Source of the DNA: a virus
Taxonomy: Duplodnaviria > Caudoviricetes
IMG/VR virus record: IMGVR_UViG_3300025036_000356
Coordinates: 1-31,339 of that record
Direction: 5' to 3' (one strand)
Length of the DNA stretch: 31,339 bases
The position numbers were made by a program, and so were the translations under genes. Positions within the stretch are counted from its first letter, which is position 1. Each line of letters begins with the position of its first letter. Below the pieces are notes generated by a model that saw nothing but the letters and a program-made list of their open reading frames with translations, was not told the origin of the DNA and did not search any database. Below are positions 26,418 through 31,339 of the stretch, one piece after another.

Positions 26418-26875
26418 CAGTCGCGCTCCCAGCGGGCCGATGTGGAGCGGGTATCCACATGGATGAAGGTTTTATAGACGCCATAGCCATTGCGCGGCGG
26501 GTCATTCTTGGTGAGGTAGTTCCATATCTCGCGGGGACGGATGTAGTCCATATGCACATCGCAGGCGCGGAACTGCACATGCTGGCTTTTAGGAGCGCCG
26601 CCTATGGCTTTGTTGTAAGGCGAAGCCCGGTATCCCGAACCCACATATATCGGCTGATTGTCGAAATGCGCCCGCATGATTTCGAGAATCCCCAGCGTTG
26701 GGATGATGTGTGGCCACATAGACCTCGGAGCCTGCTTGTTGCTGATGGGACCCTGGGGACTGTAGACGATGGAGCACGGACTGATTTCGCGGGCGCTGAA
26801 ATGGACGATGTCCTGAGAAACCAGAAAAGCATCCAGCTCCGCCCAGTAACGCCGCCAATAGAGTTCAGGCACCAT
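26417..26875 (-). CDS. Peptidase M15A-family zinc peptidase (endolysin candidate)
   Basis: SGYRASPYNKAIGGAPKSQHVQFRACD (SxHxxxxAxD)...GYGVYKTFIHVDTR; likely start MVPELY at 26875. Confidence 0.85.
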   Translation of the reverse strand: MVPELYWRRYWAELDAFLVSQDIVHFSAREISPCSIVYSPQGPISNKQAPRSMWPHIIPTLGILEIMRAHFDNQPIYVGSGYRASPYNKAIGGAPKSQHVQFRACDVHMDYIRPREIWNYLTKNDPPRNGYGVYKTFIHVDTRSTSARWERD

Positions 26876-26881
26876 GGCCGC

Positions 26882-26890
26882 ATTATAACA
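26882..26890 (-). promoter_or_regulatory. Extended -10 promoter giving a probable leaderless mRNA
   Basis: TGT-TATAAT-gcggcc-ATG; no Shine-Dalgarno sequence before the ATG. Confidence 0.6.
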
Positions 26891-26991
26891 CAGATTGGGG
26901 CCGGCTGAGCAAGGACGCCTGGTTCCGCCAGTCCCTGTGCCCAGCCGACCCGCCATTCCGTGGAGGTATCGCCAAGAAAACTCGCAGGGTG

Positions 26992-27029
26992 ATTATACCA
27001 TACTTTAAGCCATACTTTAAGCCATACTT
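26992..27029 (-). repeat. 12-bp tandem repeat (ccatactttaag, about 2.7 copies) abutting an extended -10 element
   Basis: Copies at 26998-27009, 27010-27021 and partial 27022-27029; TATAAT on the minus strand at 26992-26997. Confidence 0.8.
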
Positions 27030-27406
27030 CCAGCAGAAGTTCCGCCGGTCCCTGCGCCCGCCTCTGGGTGTTTATACTTGCGGGCGCATTCGAGCATATA
27101 CTCGACGCTTGGATTATTATCTTCGGTAGCGACCTGAAGCCCATGCTTGATTGCATCAGCCTCAAGGTGCTCGAAGTGCATTGCGTCCAGAATATCGGTC
27201 GCCAGGGAGATTGCATGGCTCATTGTGATGAGCCCGTTGGGCTCTAGTGCGGCTATGGTATCCGTCCAGCGCCACCACTCCGGAGCCAGGCATGCCTCGC
27301 CAAGCTGGATGGTCAGCGACCCCAGGCGCCGTGCCAGCTCAGACGCCTTCTTGCTCCGCTCCTGGGCGCGTGATTCAGCGGTCTTTCGGGTATCATTGTG
27401 TATCAT
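27017..27406 (-). CDS. Hypothetical protein
   Basis: 129-aa ORF in operon order with its neighbours. Confidence 0.6.
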   Translation of the reverse strand: MIHNDTRKTAESRAQERSKKASELARRLGSLTIQLGEACLAPEWWRWTDTIAALEPNGLITMSHAISLATDILDAMHFEHLEADAIKHGLQVATEDNNPSVEYMLECARKYKHPEAGAGTGGTSAGSMA

Positions 27407-27917
27407 CGTTTCCCCTAGGTAGCGCCTTCCTGAAAAGGTCTATCTCTTTCGGGAGCTTTCCATCACCGAAAGCATCCGCCAACTGAGGTCGTAATTTGTC
27501 TAAGAGATTTTCGTTCTGTCCTGCCTGCAAGTATCCCCCGAGTGTTCTATACGCGCAATCCTGGCGTATGCCTTCCGGTGATTCCAATACGAATGTGATG
27601 AGATGCTCAATGTGTGTCTGCCACCTACGAGCGAGCACATCATTCTCATTGATACTAATGCGACGCCCACTATGCGTCGCCTGCTTCGCGTGTTCAGGCT
27701 TCTCAAGGAGTTTGGCGCGAATGATATACGGCAGCGAGTTGACCCAATCCTCGTTCGTTGAAAGTCGAAGTCTGAAGCAGAGCAGAAGTTCGTGTTGCTG
27801 CGGCAAATGCGTTGGCGGAAAATAAACCGCAATGAAGTTGGAGTAGGTGTCGAGAAACGTGGTGAGCTTCGCCAGACTCTCGACAAGCGGGATGATGGTA
27901 TGGTCGTATTTTGCCAT
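27393..27917 (-). CDS. Hypothetical protein
   Basis: 174 aa; TAATG coupling to the replication gene; GGAGGAG RBS. Confidence 0.7.
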   Translation of the reverse strand: MAKYDHTIIPLVESLAKLTTFLDTYSNFIAVYFPPTHLPQQHELLLCFRLRLSTNEDWVNSLPYIIRAKLLEKPEHAKQATHSGRRISINENDVLARRWQTHIEHLITFVLESPEGIRQDCAYRTLGGYLQAGQNENLLDKLRPQLADAFGDGKLPKEIDLFRKALPRGNDDTQ

Positions 27918-28786
27918 TAGTGATTATCTCTCTCCTCCGGTGTCTCTTGTGCGCATGGACCAGTGTAGGATATTTCTCGTTGGGCAAGCGCCTGCCGGGT
28001 CTCATCGGCGTGCTCCTTCTCCCACAGCCGTCGTTTACGGGTCGCCTCCTCGATTGCGGCGTCCGCCGCCGCCTTCGCGTCATAGTTCCCAACCTTATCA
28101 CCGTCTATATCCGCCGCCGCCTGCCGTTGTTTCGCTATCAGATTGTCGAACTTCCGAGGCGCCCCGGCGCTCTTGCGTTTTGCCAGGGGTGCGAATGCCA
28201 GGATGTTCGGTCGCCAGAAATCGTCATTGACCCCGAAGCCTATTGCCTCGATAATGTCATCTATGCTGTAATCTTTTCGCAGCGCCCGCCAGGCTTTGAT
28301 TTCGGGTCCCGTAGGCGCTCGCTCCTTGGTGTGAATGAGTCCCAGCGCCTTCCTAAATCCTGCGTCCTCGTCGGGCTTCAGCGCGCTTGCAGCTTCTCCG
28401 GCGCCAGCAGCTTCCTGTTTCGCTTTCGCTCGCGCATGCCTCTGATACGCCGTGTTATATGCTCGCGCTCGTTCCTCTCCCGCTATGGCATCGTATCTCT
28501 CGGCATTCACAATCCGCCAGTGGCGGGGACTGAGCTGGATTATCCTCGCTCCGTCGGCTTCTTGGGAATCGCTGTTCGGGTCGGGCGAAGATAGAATCAC
28601 CAGCGATTCCTCCGCATCCTTGAGGCTTATTTTGCAGATGCGCGAAATGAAATCGGCGTTCCCCTCGAAGATGCCCTCGCGGTTCTTCTGCACGAGCATC
28701 AGCAGAAACACGATTCGCGTATAGGGCGGCGTGTCTACTAAGCTTCCTGTGAAAAAGCCCTCTCTAACCATCGCATATCTGCCCAT
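27917..28786 (-). CDS. Phage replication initiator/replisome organiser (O-like)
   Basis: MGRYAMVREGFFTGSL...TRIVFLLML...LSSPDPNSDSQEADGARI...WRIVNAERY resembles the N-terminal domain of phage initiators; AAAGGAG RBS before the ATG at 28786. Confidence 0.65.
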   Translation of the reverse strand: MGRYAMVREGFFTGSLVDTPPYTRIVFLLMLVQKNREGIFEGNADFISRICKISLKDAEESLVILSSPDPNSDSQEADGARIIQLSPRHWRIVNAERYDAIAGEERARAYNTAYQRHARAKAKQEAAGAGEAASALKPDEDAGFRKALGLIHTKERAPTGPEIKAWRALRKDYSIDDIIEAIGFGVNDDFWRPNILAFAPLAKRKSAGAPRKFDNLIAKQRQAAADIDGDKVGNYDAKAAADAAIEEATRKRRLWEKEHADETRQALAQREISYTGPCAQETPEERDNH

Positions 28787-28818
28787 ACGAATACTCCTTT
28801 TGAGTGGGTTCACATCTG

Positions 28819-28847
28819 ATGCTAGCACCTTTTCAACCCCTTGTCAA
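28819..28847 (-). promoter_or_regulatory. Sigma70 promoter of the replication gene
   Basis: TTGACA (28847-28842), 17 bp, TAGCAT (28824-28819), with a TGn extension. Confidence 0.7.
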
Positions 28848-28992
28848 GCCCCCTTGACTCAGCCTTGATATGTCAAGCCAACTTGACTCGTCAAGGTTAG
28901 TGGGGAATGTCAAGCCCTAATTAGAATACGAATTAGAATACGAATTAGAATTAGAAAGAAGAAAAGAGATATAGGGGCGCAGAACGCCCCTT
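28841..28992. other. Putative replication origin: GTCAAG/CTTGAC iterons, AT-rich strand-biased repeat tract and hairpin
   Basis: GTCAAG-N4-CTTGAC at 28843-28858 and 28872-28887; further GTCAAG half-sites at 28890 and 28909; then aattagaatacg repeats and a purine run (28919-28972); then an aggggcg/cgcccct hairpin. Confidence 0.65.
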
Positions 28993-29138
28993 CTTCGTGC
29001 TCGCTATCGCTTCGCAGACGTCTCTACGCTTTCTTTTTCAATCCATTAGCCTTGCCCACACCCAGAAGCCAGAGCTTGCACAACTCCGCCCACCTGTTCG
29101 TAGAAATACCATACTTTAAGCCAACAGCACAATGAAGA

Positions 29139-29222
29139 TTAGGTGAAAAGAGGGGGGCGCCGGCGGGTCGACAGCATACGACTCTCCTCCTTGACGGTTC
29201 TGGATGCCGGCGCCTTCCCCCT
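29139..29222 (-). ncRNA. Candidate small RNA/leader: long hairpin with SD + AUG in the loop and a 12-codon ORF
   Basis: Stem ggcgccggc (29156-29164)/gccggcgcc (29206-29214), extended by G/C runs; loop has AAGGAGGAG...ATG (29177); ORF MLSTRRRPPLFT ends at 29139; U-rich tract after the stem. Confidence 0.4.
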
Positions 29223-29559
29223 AGTGTAACTTAATCCCCAAAATCCCAATTTTCTAATTTCTGCGTCTAAGTATGATTCCCATTGCCCCTAAGCAAGCTA
29301 GAACCCAGCCCAGATTGAATGAAACCCCCCGGCCCTGTGGAACCCACTAGGTATTTGCCTTTCGTGCGTTGTAGCCCCGTCTGTGCGCGTCTGACGGCAT
29401 CCCCTAATATGTTCAGAAAATACATGTCGGCAGGGAGCGGGTTCATCGTCTCCCTCGCGCACGCGGGGGGGTGGGTCGGGTTTGGCTGGCACGGTTAAGC
29501 TAGGGGCGCAGCGAGAGTCTAAGCGAGGGATAGCATAGAGTCTAGCAGGGAGCGGAGGT

Positions 29560-29609
29560 AAAAAAAAGGGTTGCAGCCCCGGGCGTTACATCCCAGGACC
29601 GCAACCCTT
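29560..29609 (-). terminator. Rho-independent terminator
   Basis: aagggttgcggtcctggg...cccggggctgcaaccc followed by T8 on the minus strand, just after ORF 29619-30020. Confidence 0.85.
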
Positions 29610-29618
29610 GCAGCGAGG

Positions 29619-30020
29619 CTAGAAGCTCATGCCCTTCAGCGCGTCGTCGTCGCGCTTCCTGATTCCACGCAGTAGCCGGTTCCCTTCGTCGGCGAGCTTG
29701 ACTGCTGCAACTGGCGCGAGTGGAGCGCCAACAGCGTTGGCAACCAGTCCGCTCACGTAAGCACGTGGGTCAAGGTATCCCTTCCCCGCCAGATGCTTTG
29801 TCCACACGGTCACGCTTCCGTCATCCTTAGTCGGGTCTTCCGGCGGCTTCCCGATAACGCAGTTAGCCTTGCCGCCAGCCAGCTTCCAGAAGTCCACCTC
29901 TCGCAGCGTGATTATCATAGAGAGCGTTACGAGCCCTTGCGCCTGCCAGTAACGGCACTTGCGCGGGACCTCGAGGAGCGGAACGCCGCCATTGCCAGTT
30001 GTAACCTTTGCCTTTGCCAT
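29619..30020 (-). CDS. Hypothetical early protein
   Basis: 133 aa; GAGG RBS; followed by a terminator. Confidence 0.75.
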   Translation of the reverse strand: MAKAKVTTGNGGVPLLEVPRKCRYWQAQGLVTLSMIITLREVDFWKLAGGKANCVIGKPPEDPTKDDGSVTVWTKHLAGKGYLDPRAYVSGLVANAVGAPLAPVAAVKLADEGNRLLRGIRKRDDDALKGMSF

Positions 30021-30313
30021 GATACACCTCTCGGAATGGATTTAGCAGGGTCAATCCCTACCACCTATAGGCTCGGATATGGCTGCCAGGGAGGCTGCAT
30101 CTCTAGCTGCAAGCTGCGCAGCTTCCCTAGTAGCGCGCTAACTGTTCGGGCGAGCAGAGCTACGCGCATAGCTACGCACACACCACGCACCGCCCATACG
30201 CGCTACACATGCCTTACGCAACGTGCCTTGCAGTCAGCATTACGCACTACGCGCACTATACACGCATACATAGCGTCGGGCGACCGCTACGCCCGCTCTT
30301 CATCCCCTCAGAT

Positions 30314-30610
30314 TCATACAGGAGAAGATTGAACACTCTTACTGCAATAACAGACTCCTTCTATGTTCCTAGTCGTGCGCAACGCCCTAGGCACACACGC
30401 GCAACGCAACGCCCTAGGCACACGGGGCGCGCTGGCTGCCTTACGCACGGAGCAGCTACTGTCCCGCCTGCCCGTCCCATCGCTATAAGCATCGCTGTGA
30501 GCACGCACGCAGCAGGCGTAGCAAGTCCCGCTGCCAATGAGATAGTCAACGGGATTCATCGGCTTAGCGCATATAGAGCACGGTTGCAGGATGCGCTTCC
30601 GGTATGCCAT
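30314..30610 (-). CDS. Small zinc-finger protein (CSIC...CYAC)
   Basis: GAGGA RBS; starts 2 nt after the upstream stop; the C-terminal half runs through a 19-bp direct repeat and is less certain. Confidence 0.5.
   Translation of the reverse strand: MAYRKRILQPCSICAKPMNPVDYLIGSGTCYACCVRAHSDAYSDGTGRRDSSCSVRKAASAPRVPRALRCACVPRALRTTRNIEGVCYCSKSVQSSPV
30378..30423. repeat. 19-bp direct repeat cgcaacgccctaggcacac (2 copies)
   Basis: Copies at 30378-30396 and 30405-30423. Confidence 0.8.
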
Positions 30611-30612
30611 TG

Positions 30613-30942
30613 CTACTTGTCCTCGCTCTTGCTAATAGGCTCTGGTTTAATCATGCGCAAGCCGCCAACAATACCGCAATCCGCTATCGCATCGCTGCGC
30701 TCACTAAGGTTCGATAGCTGCCGCTTAAGCCAGACCATAAGCTCCTCGCGGGTGGCTGCAAGCAGGCTGGTGTCAGCGCGACCATTGAACACAATCCCTA
30801 AGTCATAGACCTCGTCTCGAATGCTCACATAGAAGGGACATTCGGCGTGCTCATTACAACCCGCAATAGTCAGCACGCAGTTAAGCATGTCGACTCCTAG
30901 CTGAATGTCGAATCTAAATTGCACTACAATACTTGCAGCCAT
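30613..30942 (-). CDS. Hypothetical early protein
   Basis: 109 aa; AAGGAGG RBS. Confidence 0.7.
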   Translation of the reverse strand: MAASIVVQFRFDIQLGVDMLNCVLTIAGCNEHAECPFYVSIRDEVYDLGIVFNGRADTSLLAATREELMVWLKRQLSNLSERSDAIADCGIVGGLRMIKPEPISKSEDK

Positions 30943-30945
30943 ACT

Positions 30946-31173
30946 TTATACCTCCTTTCGCCACAAAGGGGTGGCCGTCTTAAGTGCCAGCTCCGTCGCC
31001 TTAACCTCGTGTCTAAGGTGCTCCAGCGCGAACTGCGCTCCGATGGTAAAATACTCGCTGCGCATCAACTCTCTCTCGCAGCGAGTCGCGCAAGCGTGAT
31101 ACGAGCGCAACGCCTTGTCGCTACGCCTGCGCAGTTCCAGAATGCGTCCACTCAGACGCTTCTCCACAGTCAT
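30946..31173 (-). CDS. Hypothetical early protein (start MTVEKRL)
   Basis: GGAGGT RBS before the ATG at 31173. Confidence 0.7.
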   Translation of the reverse strand: MTVEKRLSGRILELRRRSDKALRSYHACATRCERELMRSEYFTIGAQFALEHLRHEVKATELALKTATPLWRKEV

Positions 31174-31214
31174 ACGAACACCTCCAGAAGTGTAGTTAAA
31201 CTTGAAGCATCGCA

Positions 31215-31339
31215 AGGGACGCCCGGCGTGAGGGACGCCCGGCGTGAGGGACGCCCGGCGTGAGGGACGCCCGGCGTGAGGGACGCCCGGCGTGAGGGAC
31301 GCCCGGCGTGAGGGACGCCCGGCGTGAGGGACGCCCGGC
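31215..31339. repeat. Perfect 16-bp tandem repeat agggacgcccggcgtg, 7 full + 1 partial copies, running off the window
   Basis: Directly visible; each unit contains the inverted repeat ACGCC-C-GGCGT. Confidence 0.95.

Noticed and set aside
3162-28724. Numerous plus-strand ORFs opposite the structural operon
   Set aside because: Antisense shadows of GC-rich genes with no motifs; the minus-strand genes tile the region with coupled starts and stops.
13423-28828. Longer ORF-track starts (14382, 16895, 20802, 25752, 26002, 26956, 28828)
   Set aside because: Most overlap upstream genes extensively and all lack an RBS; downstream ATGs have an SD, stop/start coupling or an adjacent promoter.
29298-29492. 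64-aa minus-strand ORF
   Set aside because: Non-ATG start, no RBS, lies downstream of a strong terminator, no motifs.
31215-31339. CRISPR array
   Set aside because: Head-to-tail identical units with no spacers and no cas genes.
1-31339. tRNA, rRNA, integrase or att site
   Set aside because: None recognised in this window, so lifestyle (temperate or lytic) cannot be assigned.

Overview
This window is most of a GC-rich tailed dsDNA phage genome with podovirus-type (P22/N4/T7-like) virion architecture. The minus strand carries one long, tightly packed unit, read right to left: small early genes, an iteron-bearing origin-like region, a replication initiator, an M15 peptidase (endolysin candidate), accessory genes, an SSB-like protein, terminase large subunit, portal, scaffold, major capsid, decoration protein, adaptor, tail needle/fibre, tail nozzle, a GNAT acetyltransferase, three ejection (internal virion) proteins of 297, 748 and 2666 aa, and holin-like genes. 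The plus strand at the left end has a 5'-truncated HNH gene and a beta-class N4/N6 DNA methyltransferase. The most unusual feature is a 654-bp insertion inside the methyltransferase gene. It encodes a complete zinc-finger/HNH homing-type endonuclease in another frame, with its own sigma70 promoter and RBS. The host frame stays stop-free, a diverged duplicated methyltransferase peptide flanks the insertion, and no intein or intron signature is visible. Other notable points are near-total avoidance of GATC and GTAC, a hairpin sequestering the capsid RBS, an origin-like iteron array lying outside the initiator gene, a candidate leader peptide/sRNA, and a 16-bp tandem array at the right end. All calls come from reading motifs by eye; no database search or computation was run.
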